Below, piece by piece: positions 1 to 9,217 of a stretch of DNA of 64,000 nucleotides. Both the position numbers and the translations under genes were made by a program. Below the pieces are notes generated by a model. It saw only the letters and a program-made list of their open reading frames with translations. It made no database searches and was not told where the DNA came from. Position 1 is the first letter of the stretch. Each line of letters starts with the position of its first letter. Source of the DNA: Candidatus Omnitrophota bacterium (GTDB lineage Bacteria > Omnitrophota > Gorgyraeia > Ghiorseimicrobiales > Ghiorseimicrobiaceae); the NCBI GenBank assembly GCA_030681595.1, contig JAUXSB010000056.1, forward strand, positions 10,009 through 74,008. Direction: 5' to 3'.

Positions 1-1108
1 CAATAATTACCTGGCCGTCTTTTACCACGTAATCCGTATCGCGGCTAAAAAATTCCTTGGCGCGCAGAGCCGCCATAATATGATGGCGGTATTCAATGGT
101 CTCTAAACTGTGTAAATCGTCTACGCCGAAAGAGGTGGCGACTTTACGCTCTCCCTCTTCGGATAAAGCGACGGTCCTAGCCTTCTCATCCGCCACATAA
201 TCAAAACCGGCGGATAAATCTTCTCCCCGGTATTTTGCCTCAATCTCGTCTTTTTGGGTGATGCGGCGGCCTTTTAGATTTTTAACAATCTTTTCGGCGG
301 TATAATATTTATCGGTAGATTCTTCGGCCGGGCCAGAAATTATTAAAGGCGTACGTGCCTCATCAATCAAAATAGAATCCACCTCATCCACAATCGCGTA
401 ATAAAACTGCTTGCCCGGATCTAATGATACGGGCCTCTGCACCATTTCAGATGAATGCACGACCATATTATCGCGCAGATAATCAAAACCAAACTCGTTA
501 TTGGTGCCATAGGTGATATCGCAGGCGTATTGCGCCCTTCTTAAGATAGGCGGTATATCGTGTTGGATAACGCCCACTGAAAGCCCTAAGAATTCATAAA
601 TCGGCCCCATCCATTCGCGGTCGCGCCGGGCAAGGTAATCATTAACCGTTATAATATGCACGCCTTTTCCTAAAAGGGCGTTTAAATAAGCCGATAGTGT
701 CGCGACTAAAGTTTTTCCTTCACCGGTGGACATCTCGGCAATTTTCCCCTGATGCAGGACCATACCGCCGATTAACTGCACGTCAAAATGGCGCATATTT
801 ATTGTGCGCCTGCCCACCTCGCGCACGACCGCAAACGCTTCGGGTAATATTTCATTTAGCGCATTTTGTTCTGTTTTCTTAATGGCCTTTTCTAATTCTT
901 CCTCTGTTAAACTATTATCATTTTTGATATTTAATATTTGATTTTTTATTTTTTCTCTAAACTCTTCTGTCTTTGCGCGTAATTGGGCATCAGAAAGCTT
1001 CTGCATAGCCGGCTCAAAGGCATTTATTTTAGAGACCAACGGCCTAAGCCGCTTAACCTGCCTTTCATTCTGCGTGCCGATTATTTTATTCGTAATGAAT
1101 TTAAGCAT
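1..1108 (-). CDS. secA: Preprotein translocase ATPase SecA, N-terminal part (continues beyond window start)
   Basis: Minus-strand translation gives [30 protein letters not shown] and later [31 protein letters not shown], which are SecA N-terminal and DEAD-motor signatures. ATG at 1108..1106. The track ORF 697..882(+) inside is spurious. Confidence 0.85.
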   Translation of the reverse strand, partial: MLKFITNKIIGTQNERQVKRLRPLVSKINAFEPAMQKLSDAQLRAKTEEFREKIKNQILNIKNDNSLTEEELEKAIKKTEQNALNEILPEAFAVVREVGRRTINMRHFDVQLIGGMVLHQGKIAEMSTGEGKTLVATLSAYLNALLGKGVHIITVNDYLARRDREWMGPIYEFLGLSVGVIQHDIPPILRRAQYACDITYGTNNEFGFDYLRDNMVVHSSEMVQRPVSLDPGKQFYYAIVDEVDSILIDEARTPLIISGPAEESTDKYYTAEKIVKNLKGRRITQKDEIEAKYRGEDLSAGFDYVADEKARTVALSEEGERKVATSFGVDDLHSLETIEYRHHIMAALRAKEFFSRDTDYVVKDGQVII

Positions 1109-1143
1109 ATGACAATTCTACAAAAAGGAATCTCAAACTTAAA

Positions 1144-1764
1144 CTAACAAGGATTATTAGTGCAATTAGCGCCCCAGATTGGCCTTGTGTTCCAATTTAC
1201 AGTGGTTATGCCTTGCAGTTCACAACATACTATTGATTCAGGTATCCAGTCATTACCATCCGTAGTTCCTCCAACGTTGATATAGCCTTGTCGGCAGTAT
1301 CCGGTATGCGGGCCAGTTGGGCTTCCTATCTGCTTCTGATAACAAGTGCTGTAATCTAATACCCCGCCTTGGCTCGCCCATCTTGGAGGAACTGCGCCTC
1401 TCAACCACACATCATTAACATCAAGATTACCTGGCTGAGCGTTAGGCGCGGGGGAACGAGGGTTGGCCGTTCCGATACCGACACTGCCTTCCACCACTAA
1501 ATCCACATCTGGGCTTCCGGCGACTGTAGGAATAACAACTGAACCGAAAGGACAGGTTGCCGCGCTTCCCCAGCAGACATTAGTATCGTTAGAATAGGTT
1601 GCGCCGATTGCTTCACGATCACTTCTTAATTCGCCATAGACGCCAAACGGCGAAGGATAATAAGTAGTTATGGTGATGTCTTCGGTGGTTTGAGCGAAGG
1701 CTATGGCTGAATTTAATATAACCACGGTAAAAGCAATGAAAATTTTACTTTTCATGGTTGACAT
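1144..1764 (-). CDS. Secreted Cys-rich hypothetical protein (signal peptide)
   Basis: 206-aa ORF. N-terminal hydrophobic signal (KIFIAFTVVILNSAIAFAQT) and a Gly/Thr/Cys-rich mature part. No recognisable family. Overlaps the prfB stop by about 20 nt. Confidence 0.45.
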   Translation of the reverse strand: MSTMKSKIFIAFTVVILNSAIAFAQTTEDITITTYYPSPFGVYGELRSDREAIGATYSNDTNVCWGSAATCPFGSVVIPTVAGSPDVDLVVEGSVGIGTANPRSPAPNAQPGNLDVNDVWLRGAVPPRWASQGGVLDYSTCYQKQIGSPTGPHTGYCRQGYINVGGTTDGNDWIPESIVCCELQGITTVNWNTRPIWGANCTNNPC

Positions 1765-2846
1765 TCTGCTTTAAATACGCCTCGATAAATTCATCAATTT
1801 TACCGTCCATAACCGCCGCGACATTTCCCGTTTCGTGCTCGGTCCTGTGGTCTTTGACCATATTATAAGGATGCATCACGTATGAACGTATCTGGCTGCC
1901 CCATTCAATCTTTTTCTTTTCACCGTAATGTTTGCTCATTTTCTCTTCTTGCTCTTTTTGCATCTTTTCAAACAGGCGCGCCTTAAGTATATTCATCGCT
2001 ACATGCTTATTCTGGTACTGCGAACGCTCGTTCTGACACTGCACTACTATGCCGGTAGGCAAATGCGTAATGCGCACTGCCGAATCGGTGGTATTTACGC
2101 TTTGGCCTCCGGCGCCCTTAGAGCGGTAAACATCTATCCTTAGCTCTTCCGGTTTTATTTCAATATTTATCTCTTCGGAAATTGACGCGATGACACCTAT
2201 AGAAGCAAAAGAGGTATGCCTTCTTTTATTGGCATCAAAAGGGGAAATTCTCACTAACCTATGCACGCCGGATTCAGCGCGCAGCCAGCCATAGGCATAT
2301 TCGCCTTCAATTAAAACCGTAACATTCTTTATGCCGGCTTCTTCACCTTCTAATATATCTATTACGCTTGCCTTATAGCCGTTTATCTCTGCCCAACGCA
2401 AATACATCCTAAGAAGCATTGCGGCCCAGTCGCAAGCCTCGGTCCCGCCGGCTCCGGAATTAATACTTAAGATCGCGCTGTTTTTATCCAGCTCGCCTGA
2501 AAGAAGTGTCGCTAGCTCTAACTTTGCAACGCCCGCTTCAAGCCTCTCGAACTCCCCGGTTATTTCACTTAAGAACGCTGAATCAGCAGCATCTAAAGAA
2601 ACCAGTTCTTTTAGCTCTGCATACTTGGCTTCCAAGCTCTGCCAAGAATCTAGCGTATTTTTTAAATCTTTAAGTTTGGATACCTGTTTATTTGCCGCGC
2701 CGGAATCGCCCCAGAAGCCTTCCCTTGACATCTCAATCTGTAACTCTTCTATTCCCTTCTTTTTGTTTTCAACGTCAAAGATACCCCCGTAGGTTAGCAA
2801 GGCGTGCCTCTATTTCAAACAGCTTTCTTTTTAATTCTTCAATCAT
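1745..2846 (-). CDS. prfB: Peptide chain release factor 2, with programmed +1 frameshift at 2777
   Basis: Body matches RF2 (GGQ region GAGGQSVNTTDSAVRITHLPTGIVVQCQNERSQ). ATG at 2846..2844 with GAGG SD. Frame-0 reads MIEELKRKLFEIEARLANLRGYL then TGA at 2777..2775. The slip site CGG GGG TAT CTT TGA C is identical in form to the E. coli prfB recoding site. The +1 frame continues DVENKKKGIEEL, which is the track ORF 1745..2800. Confidence 0.9.
2775..2790 (-). promoter_or_regulatory. prfB: prfB +1 ribosomal frameshift site (internal SD-like GGGGG, CUU UGA C)
   Basis: Read on the minus strand: CGGGGG TAT CTT TGA C. The in-frame UGA follows 24 sense codons, and the downstream frame encodes the RF2 body. 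Confidence 0.85.
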
Positions 2847-2861
2847 ATTTACCTCATTAGA

Positions 2862-2887
2862 GACCAGCCCGACTTAAGTCTGGCGGG
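2862..2887 (+). repeat. REP-like imperfect palindrome GACCAGCCCGAC-ttaag-TCTGGCGGG (copy 1)
   Basis: Same 25-nt motif at 20230..20254, inverted at 2985..3013, and a degenerate copy at 4134..4157. All are intergenic or at gene 3' ends. Confidence 0.6.
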
Positions 2888-2984
2888 TAAGTCACCGTAG
2901 GTGACCATCTAAAAAATACAAAACTAAATATTATCACTGCTCCCCTATAAAATAATTACCGCTTAAAATACATCTCCTGTTATC

Positions 2985-3013
2985 CCCGCCAGAACAAGAT
3001 TGTCGGGCTGGTC
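2985..3013 (-). repeat. REP-like palindrome, inverted copy (CCCGCCAGA-acaagattgt-GTCGGGCTGGTC)
   Basis: Reverse complement of the 2862..2887 motif. The two copies bracket 2888..2984 like a BIME/MITE. Confidence 0.55.
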
Positions 3014-3022
3014 TAACGGGGT

Positions 3023-4096
3023 TCATTGCACCCTTTTAATACCTTTTAACTCTAATTCCAGCTCATCTTTAGAATCGGCAAATCCCAGCGCCTGCTCACG
3101 GTCAATCTTATCTGCCTTAATTAAATATGCCAGCGATTGTTTAAAGCTCTGCATACCAAAAAGAGAACCTTCCTCAATAAAGTGCAACAACTCCCATGTT
3201 TTTCCTTCACGGATAAGCCGGGCTATGGTCGGGGTTAAAATCATTGTTTCGTAAGCCGGGATTCTGCACGGGCCGTCTTTAGCCGGAATTAGCCTTAAGG
3301 AAATAATACCGCGCAATAACAGCGCTAATTGCGCCCTCACTTCATTATGCTGGTGTGGCGGAAAAAGATTGATTATCCTTTCCAGTGTCTGGTAAGCATT
3401 TACCGAATGAATAGTGCAGAATACCAATACTCCCATTTCAGCGGCAGTAATTGCCGCCTGCATAGTCTCTAAATCCCTTATTGTCGCTATATATAACACA
3501 TCTACGCTCTGTAGAGTTGCCTGCCTGAGAGCTACAACATATGATTTTACGTCTACGCCTAACTCCCGCTGGCTGATAATAGATTTGTTATCCCTGAATA
3601 TATATTCTATCGGATCCTCAATGCTAAGGATATGGCGGCTTACGTTATTATTTATATAGTCAATCATCGCGGCAATAGTAGTTGATTTTCCGCTTCCGGC
3701 TGTTCCGGTGACAAAAACTAACCCCCGCGATTCCCTGCATATTTTCTTTAATACTTCTACCGGAAGGTTTAATTCCTCAAAACTAGGGACGGATGGCTTT
3801 ATCCGCCGGATTACTATCATCGGCTCATTTTTTTGAAAGAAAATACTTACGCGGAATCTACCCAAATCATCAACACCGACGGCAAAATCCACATCAAAAT
3901 TATCATTAAGGATTTTCTTTACTCTTTGGTCAACTAACTCTGCCATAATATCCTCTAAGTCCCTGCGCGTAAGCCGCTCTTCAGATATAACTGCCAAACC
4001 GGAATATTGCCTTACGTATACCGGGATGCCCACTTTGAAAAATACATCCGAAGCATCCCTCTCCGCCATTATTTTTAAATAGTCTTTAATGTTCAT
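3023..4096 (-). CDS. pilT: Type IV pilus retraction ATPase PilT
   Basis: 357 aa. Walker A GTAGSGKST, and the PilT/PilU family layout (N-terminal PAS-like domain plus secretion ATPase). Confidence 0.8.
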   Translation of the reverse strand: MNIKDYLKIMAERDASDVFFKVGIPVYVRQYSGLAVISEERLTRRDLEDIMAELVDQRVKKILNDNFDVDFAVGVDDLGRFRVSIFFQKNEPMIVIRRIKPSVPSFEELNLPVEVLKKICRESRGLVFVTGTAGSGKSTTIAAMIDYINNNVSRHILSIEDPIEYIFRDNKSIISQRELGVDVKSYVVALRQATLQSVDVLYIATIRDLETMQAAITAAEMGVLVFCTIHSVNAYQTLERIINLFPPHQHNEVRAQLALLLRGIISLRLIPAKDGPCRIPAYETMILTPTIARLIREGKTWELLHFIEEGSLFGMQSFKQSLAYLIKADKIDREQALGFADSKDELELELKGIKRVQ

Positions 4097-4431
4097 CTTT
4101 TTCTCTTTAAAACATTTTTCATTTTAAATTTTGCCTGCCCGACGAAGTCAGGCGGGCATTTTGAATTTATAACATTATATATCTTTTTCTCTAAATTTAG
4201 TAGCCTTTTTTTGGCCATTACACCCCTAGAATATCCGCCGAGCTTTCCACCAGATGCTACCACACGATGACAAGGGATAATTATCGGATAAGGATTTTTG
4301 TTTAATGCCTGGCCAACCGCCCGGGACGCCTCAGGAAATCCGGCCTTTTCCGCCACCCATTTGTAGGTGCGTGTTTGGCCTAAGGGAATCTTAAGTACAG
4401 CTTTTAATACTCTGCGTTCGAATTCAGTCAT
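4093..4431 (-). CDS. ogt: Methylated-DNA-protein-cysteine methyltransferase (Ogt/MGMT DNA-binding domain protein)
   Basis: PCHRVV active-site motif and HTH region (RTYKWVAEKAGFPEASRAVGQA). The 4-nt overlap with the pilT start implies an operon. The C-terminal tail is encoded across a REP-like palindrome (4134..4157). Confidence 0.65.
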   Translation of the reverse strand: MTEFERRVLKAVLKIPLGQTRTYKWVAEKAGFPEASRAVGQALNKNPYPIIIPCHRVVASGGKLGGYSRGVMAKKRLLNLEKKIYNVINSKCPPDFVGQAKFKMKNVLKRKR

Positions 4432-4442
4432 CTTCTATTATT

Positions 4443-5708
4443 TTACCCTATCGCCTTCTTCTTTCTCAATAACCGATGATACGACACTGCAAACCTATGC
4501 GCTTCGTCGCGGATCCTGCGGATTAAAGTAAGCGCTTTAGAATCCATAGCTAATCTTAAAGGTTTGTCTTTTTGCGGAAGATAGATTTCTTCTTCTTTTT
4601 TAGCAAGAGAGATGATCGGTATCCTTAGCCTTAAATTATCAAGCTCTGACTTCGCCGCGCTAAGTTGGCCTTTACCCCCATCAATCAGGATTAAATCAGG
4701 GGAAGTTATCTCACCTAACAAAACCCGTTTATACCTACGCCTGACTACCTCGGCGATGCTCGCGCAGTCATCAAGCCTTTCTCCCTTAATACGGAACCTA
4801 CGGTAATTATTTTTATCAGGCCTACCGTCTAAAAAACCCACCATAGAACCCACAACAAATTCCTGTGAAATACAAGAAATATCAAATGCCTCAATACGCT
4901 TAGGGCTATCCTTTAGGCCCAAAACCCTGCGTAGTTCCCTGCTTTCTGCTTCGTAAATACTTGCCGCCCCACTCATACTGCTTAAAGCGGAAATCTTATC
5001 GCGTAATTCTTTTGCCTTCTCAAAATTACGTTCTTTACTAAAACCCGACATCTCTTTAGATAGCTTAGCGAATAACTCCTCATTTTTTCCTTCTAAAAAA
5101 AGGCGTATGTCTTCAATATTTTTAGCATATTCTTTTTTAGAAATTTCTCCGATGCAGGGTGCAGGACATAGCCCGATATCGTAATTAAGGCACGGCTTTT
5201 TTGGAAAAGGGCGGCAAGTACAATAGGGAAACACCCGCCTTAACACCTTAATCGCCTGCCGCAGTAATTTTGCATCGGTATATGGCCCAAAATAAACAGC
5301 GCCGTCATCTAATCTTCTTCTTACTACCAAGAGGCGCGGATAATCTTCTGATGTTATTTTAACCAAGGGATAATTTTTACCATCGCGAAGCGAAACATTA
5401 TACTGCGGCTTATTTTTTTTAATCAACGCCGACTCTAAAATCAACGCCTCTGCCTCATTTTCCGTTAAGATATAGTCAATATCGGCAATTTTCTCCACCA
5501 GCGCCATCTGCTTGGCAGAGCCGTATTGTTTACTAAAATACGACCCCACGCGCTTCTTTAGCGACGCGGCCTTCCCAATATAAATCACACGGCCTTCTGT
5601 ATCCTTCATCAAATATACCCCCGGCCTATCCGGTATAGATGCGATTTTTTGTTTGAGCTCTTGAATATTATTCATAGACATAACCATGTGCACCGCGGAG
5701 GTGCACAT
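4443..5708 (-). CDS. uvrC: UvrC-like excinuclease (GIY-YIG and RNase H-like endonuclease domains), short form lacking C-terminal (HhH)2
   Basis: GIY-YIG motif (GVYLMKDTEGRVIYIGKAASLKKRVGSYF) and the UvrC Cys cluster (FPYCTCRPFPKKPCLNYDIGLCPAPC). 421 aa versus about 600 for canonical UvrC. The real start is probably one of the internal Met codons around 5675 to 5687. Confidence 0.7.
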   Translation of the reverse strand: MCTSAVHMVMSMNNIQELKQKIASIPDRPGVYLMKDTEGRVIYIGKAASLKKRVGSYFSKQYGSAKQMALVEKIADIDYILTENEAEALILESALIKKNKPQYNVSLRDGKNYPLVKITSEDYPRLLVVRRRLDDGAVYFGPYTDAKLLRQAIKVLRRVFPYCTCRPFPKKPCLNYDIGLCPAPCIGEISKKEYAKNIEDIRLFLEGKNEELFAKLSKEMSGFSKERNFEKAKELRDKISALSSMSGAASIYEAESRELRRVLGLKDSPKRIEAFDISCISQEFVVGSMVGFLDGRPDKNNYRRFRIKGERLDDCASIAEVVRRRYKRVLLGEITSPDLILIDGGKGQLSAAKSELDNLRLRIPIISLAKKEEEIYLPQKDKPLRLAMDSKALTLIRRIRDEAHRFAVSYHRLLRKKKAIG

Positions 5709-6087
5709 AAGGTTTATTCGCGCTAATAGACATATTTATTATCGATGAATCTAACCATTTTCTTACTCAGGTGCGATTTTAGCCAAAGCATAATTTTTGC
5801 GGGTGGCAAGGCTTGTGCTTAACCATAAATAATCCGCATTGTTTGTTCCCCCGCTGGGAATTAAGCTGCTTAATAAATTTTGCTGTGGGATTTGGGAGCG
5901 TGCATTAGAAAGCTTTCGGCAAAAGTGCGCAAAGGATTACGGCGAGTGAATGACGGAACTGACCATAGGGAATTCCGTCAAATGAACGAGCCGTAAACCG
6001 TAGCGCACGGCGAAAGGTTTCAGCACGCGGACAAAACACACAGTAAAATACTAAAAATCCTCACTTAGAGCGAGAAGACTAATAGGT

Positions 6088-7641
6088 TCATTGAACCCGC
6101 CGCTCCCTCAACCACTTCCACAATTCCCTCATCTCGCTCACCTTAAAAACAAAACAAAAAATAATATAAGAAATAAGGCCGAAAAGAATGGAAAGCGATA
6201 GGTTGAGCAACTTATCCACCGTATGCGTGCCTAAGAAGATTTTTTGCGAGACGATAAACGAAACTAAACCCATTGCAATACTTGCCAAAAGGGTACGCGC
6301 AAAAGAGTTAAATATTGGTTCGGACTTAAAATCTCCCAAGCGTTTCTTCAAAATAAAAAAGAGGATACAAAAAGTGGTTATTCCGGAGATAGAAGTGGCT
6401 AAGGCAAGGCCGGCAATTTTTAGCGGAAACATCAGAATGGAATTTAAAACGATGCCGATAAGCAAAGCCAGTCCGGCTATTTTTGCGGGTGTGCGCGTGT
6501 CTTTTAACGCGAAAAAACATGACTGTACAATCCTTGTCCCGCCATAGGCAAATAAACCGATACTATAAAAAAATAAGGCGTTGGCAGTCGCGTTCACCGA
6601 ATAAAGATCAAATTTTCTTCCGCCGAAAAGTGTCCCAATTATCGGCTTGGACAAAACCATTAAACCGACACAGGCAGGCAGCATCACAAAAAAAGTGGCG
6701 CGTAGGCCGAAAGCAAGCGTATGCTTTAACTTTTCGTGATTTTCTTCCAACGCCTGTGTTGAAAACGCCGGTAAAATCGCCTGCGCAAGGGCGTTACTGA
6801 ATATACCTAAGGGAAATTGAATAAGCCGGTAAGAAAAATATAATATGGCGACTCCCCCCTCGCCCACAATCCAAGCTAAAGACCCAAATATGGAATCAAC
6901 AAAGTTATTCAATTGGTAGATGCTTGAACTTAGCAGGCGCGGGACCATAAGCTTGCCGATAGTTTTCGCCGCGGGGTGTTTAAACTGCTTGAATAACTGC
7001 AGCCTAAAACCCTTTCTATACAAAACCGGTATCTGCACTGCCAACTGCAACACCCCGCCCACTAAAACGCCCGAAGCTAAACCAACTATTTCCTCGCCAA
7101 AAGCTAAAGCGCAGACAATTACGGAAATATTCAACAGGCATGGCGCAAAGGCAGGCACAGAAAAATGCCTCAATGAATTCAAGACGCCCATTGAGTAAGC
7201 GGCGAGGCTAATCAATAAAACATAAGGAAAAATAATCCGGCTTAGTTTAATAGTCGCGGCTAATTTTTCTGGGTCGGATACAAATCCGGGAGCAATAGCC
7301 CTGACAATAAGGGGTGAAAACATTACCCCTAATATGGTTATAGCCGAAAGCATAACTAATAAAAAGTTAAGCACAACATTTACCAACTCCCAAAATGCCT
7401 GTTTATTATCCTTTACGGTGTATTCGCTAAATACCGGTACTAAGACAGCGTTGACCGCGCCCTCGCCTACTAAATCGCGTAAAAGATTAGGAATGCGGAA
7501 GGCGATAACAAACGCCTGAGCGTAAATATAGACGCCGAAAAGCCGGGCAATAACGATATCGCGGATAAACCCTAAGATGCGTGAGCAAAGGGTAGCAACA
7601 CCGATTATGGTAGCGGATTTAGCGATTATTTTATTTGACAT
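6088..7641 (-). CDS. murJ: Lipid II flippase MurJ (MviN)
   Basis: 517-aa polytopic membrane protein. N-terminal segment IGVATLCSRILGFIRDIVIARLFG is typical of MurJ. Confidence 0.85.
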   Translation of the reverse strand: MSNKIIAKSATIIGVATLCSRILGFIRDIVIARLFGVYIYAQAFVIAFRIPNLLRDLVGEGAVNAVLVPVFSEYTVKDNKQAFWELVNVVLNFLLVMLSAITILGVMFSPLIVRAIAPGFVSDPEKLAATIKLSRIIFPYVLLISLAAYSMGVLNSLRHFSVPAFAPCLLNISVIVCALAFGEEIVGLASGVLVGGVLQLAVQIPVLYRKGFRLQLFKQFKHPAAKTIGKLMVPRLLSSSIYQLNNFVDSIFGSLAWIVGEGGVAILYFSYRLIQFPLGIFSNALAQAILPAFSTQALEENHEKLKHTLAFGLRATFFVMLPACVGLMVLSKPIIGTLFGGRKFDLYSVNATANALFFYSIGLFAYGGTRIVQSCFFALKDTRTPAKIAGLALLIGIVLNSILMFPLKIAGLALATSISGITTFCILFFILKKRLGDFKSEPIFNSFARTLLASIAMGLVSFIVSQKIFLGTHTVDKLLNLSLSILFGLISYIIFCFVFKVSEMRELWKWLRERRVQ

Positions 7642-7695
7642 ATATATAATTCTGTGCTATATTTTTGCTTCACGTTTAAGAAAGGGGTATCTACT

Positions 7696-7956
7696 ATGCC
7701 ACAAAGAAAAACATCTATAAAAAGCATGAAATTAGACCGCGTCCGCCGCCTGCACAACCGTGTTATCAAAACGGATCTTAAAAAAACTATAAAAAAATAT
7801 ACTGAATTGGTTTCTGCGAAAAAAATAGACGAAGCCAAACAACAGTTAAAAGAAGTAATGTCTAAATTAGACCGAGCGGCAAAAAAGCATCTTATACATA
7901 AGAACAATGCCTCCCACCAGAAATCCCGCTATAGCCTTCTATTAAAAAAGGCATAA
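7696..7956 (+). CDS. rpsT: 30S ribosomal protein S20
   Basis: MPQRKTSIKSMKLDRVRRLHNRVIKTDLKK ... HLIHKNNASHQKSRY matches S20. Start placed at the internal Met with AAGGGG SD, not the track start 7654. It is the only clear plus-strand host gene in the first 52 kb. Confidence 0.85.
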   Translation: MPQRKTSIKSMKLDRVRRLHNRVIKTDLKKTIKKYTELVSAKKIDEAKQQLKEVMSKLDRAAKKHLIHKNNASHQKSRYSLLLKKA

Positions 7957-8586
7957 CTTTACCACCAGCAATTCCAAAGCGATATTTGGTTTTAGGCGGC
8001 TTAACTTAATATTTAAATCCGCTTCCAATAAAACCTCAAAGCCTTCTTTTATCTTTTCCGGCGAAAGACGCCGTTTGGTATTTTCCCAATGCCAGATTAA
8101 CCCCCCCATTATCTTCTGGGGCCTTTCCCCTCTTACCATTAAATCTGAGAGGATGCCTAACGCTAACGCCTGATTTTTATTATCTATTGCCCTGCCTAAA
8201 GCAAAAACATCAGGCGGCCTTACCTTGCTGAAACGGAAAATTTGCGCACACGCAGCAACCTGCCCTGCTTCTTTATCCGTTATATCACCTTCTAAAACCA
8301 GCGTAATCCACGGATGTGGTTTATTTACATAAGCAATGATTTTCTGCCGGCAGTCTTTAGATAAATCTTCTAAATTACGTAAAATCAACATCCGCCTATC
8401 GGTTTTTATGGGCAGGCGTAACAACGCCTCTTCAAGAGTTTTAAGGTTAAGCTCTTCGGCAAACAAAATCTCAAGGTTAAATTCATTGGCTGTGCCGGAG
8501 AGGATTTCTTTTTTTAAGCTTTCAATCTTATTTAACTTGAGGATTTCGTTGTCGCCGATAATAAGATAAACATTGGCTTTAGGCAT
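7942..8586 (-). CDS. holA: DNA polymerase III delta subunit-like (short HolA, N-terminal domains only)
   Basis: N-terminus (NVYLIIGDNEILKLNKIESLKKEIL) resembles HolA, and the gene sits directly downstream of an lptE-like gene as in the conserved lptE-holA arrangement. Only 214 aa. The convergent rpsT overlaps its 3' end by 15 nt, so no longer form is possible. Confidence 0.45.
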   Translation of the reverse strand: MPKANVYLIIGDNEILKLNKIESLKKEILSGTANEFNLEILFAEELNLKTLEEALLRLPIKTDRRMLILRNLEDLSKDCRQKIIAYVNKPHPWITLVLEGDITDKEAGQVAACAQIFRFSKVRPPDVFALGRAIDNKNQALALGILSDLMVRGERPQKIMGGLIWHWENTKRRLSPEKIKEGFEVLLEADLNIKLSRLKPNIALELLVVKLCLF

Positions 8587-8632
8587 AGCAATCTAATGAA
8601 AACTCAAAAGAGGATGCAAATAAAGGAGGGGA

Positions 8633-9217
8633 CTACCATTCTTCTATTGTCAAGGCCACAATTCTTCTGGCTAAATCTTTTACCGCATCAGATAAAGCCG
8701 TTTCTTCGCTTTTAGCGGAACTGCCTGAGATAAAATAAGTCGTATCGCCGACGAAATTATTCTGTTCCCATAGGGTTTTATTTTCGTTACGGTCGATAAG
8801 AGAGACGTTCACTCTGAGGCTTAAACGATATTCCTCAACTGTTGAATTATCGCTGGTGTTATATCTTAAGGCATCCTTTGCATAATCAAGTAACTCACCT
8901 TTTAAAACGACATCAGCGGTTTCGGGCTTTCCGATACGCAAATTCCCGTCAAATACAAACCTGTCTACCACCGCGCGGGTAATTTTTGCTTCCAAAAGAG
9001 GAAAGTAGGTTTTATATTTTTTGTTTTCCGATAACTCGCTGGTTATATCAATTTTGTTCAGAAATGGCTCAATGTAAATAGTCTTAATGCTAGGGGCAAT
9101 AAATGAACGCGTTGTGTAACCGCAGCCCAATAGAGTAGCAAGTAGCAAGTAGCAAGTAGCAAGTAAAAAAAATCTGTGTAATCTTGATTTTTTATCGGCG
9201 TAATCAGTGTTAATCAT
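8633..9217 (-). CDS. lptE: LptE-like LPS-assembly lipoprotein (RlpB family)
   Basis: Lipobox LLGCGY followed by a layout parallel to E. coli LptE. Position between a BamD-like gene and holA. The signal-peptide coding region contains (TTGCTAC)x4 plus T8. Confidence 0.5.
   Translation of the reverse strand: MINTDYADKKSRLHRFFLLATCYLLLATLLGCGYTTRSFIAPSIKTIYIEPFLNKIDITSELSENKKYKTYFPLLEAKITRAVVDRFVFDGNLRIGKPETADVVLKGELLDYAKDALRYNTSDNSTVEEYRLSLRVNVSLIDRNENKTLWEQNNFVGDTTYFISGSSAKSEETALSDAVKDLARRIVALTIEEW
9145..9182 (-). repeat. Heptanucleotide SSR (TTGCTAC)x4 followed by T8 within the lptE-like signal-peptide codons
   Basis: Top strand GTAGCAA x4 (9145..9172), then gta and A8 (9175..9182). Encodes LLATCYLLLATLL. 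Confidence 0.8.

Noticed and set aside
697-882. Plus-strand track ORFs embedded in minus-strand genes (for example 697..882, 1928..2143, 6188..6800, 13534..13764, 13975..14289, 19085..19660, 28497..28895, 53049..53633)
   Set aside because: Each lies antisense within a gene that has clear family signatures (SecA, RF2, MurJ, S8 protease, GltD, Pgi and others). Their sequences are low-complexity or repeat mirror images with no motifs, so they are shadow ORFs.
1745-2800. TTG start at 2800 for prfB, as given in the track
   Set aside because: It is an artefact. The true start is the ATG at 2846 with a programmed +1 shift at 2777. The track ORF begins inside the recoding site.
5709-6087. Possible RNase P, tmRNA or SRP RNA gene in the long murJ-uvrC spacer
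   Set aside because: None of the conserved blocks (RNase P P4 AGGAAAGUCCGG, tmRNA tag-reading frame or 3' CCA T-arm, SRP domain IV GGAA/AGCAG) could be found on either strand. Kept only as a low-interest note.
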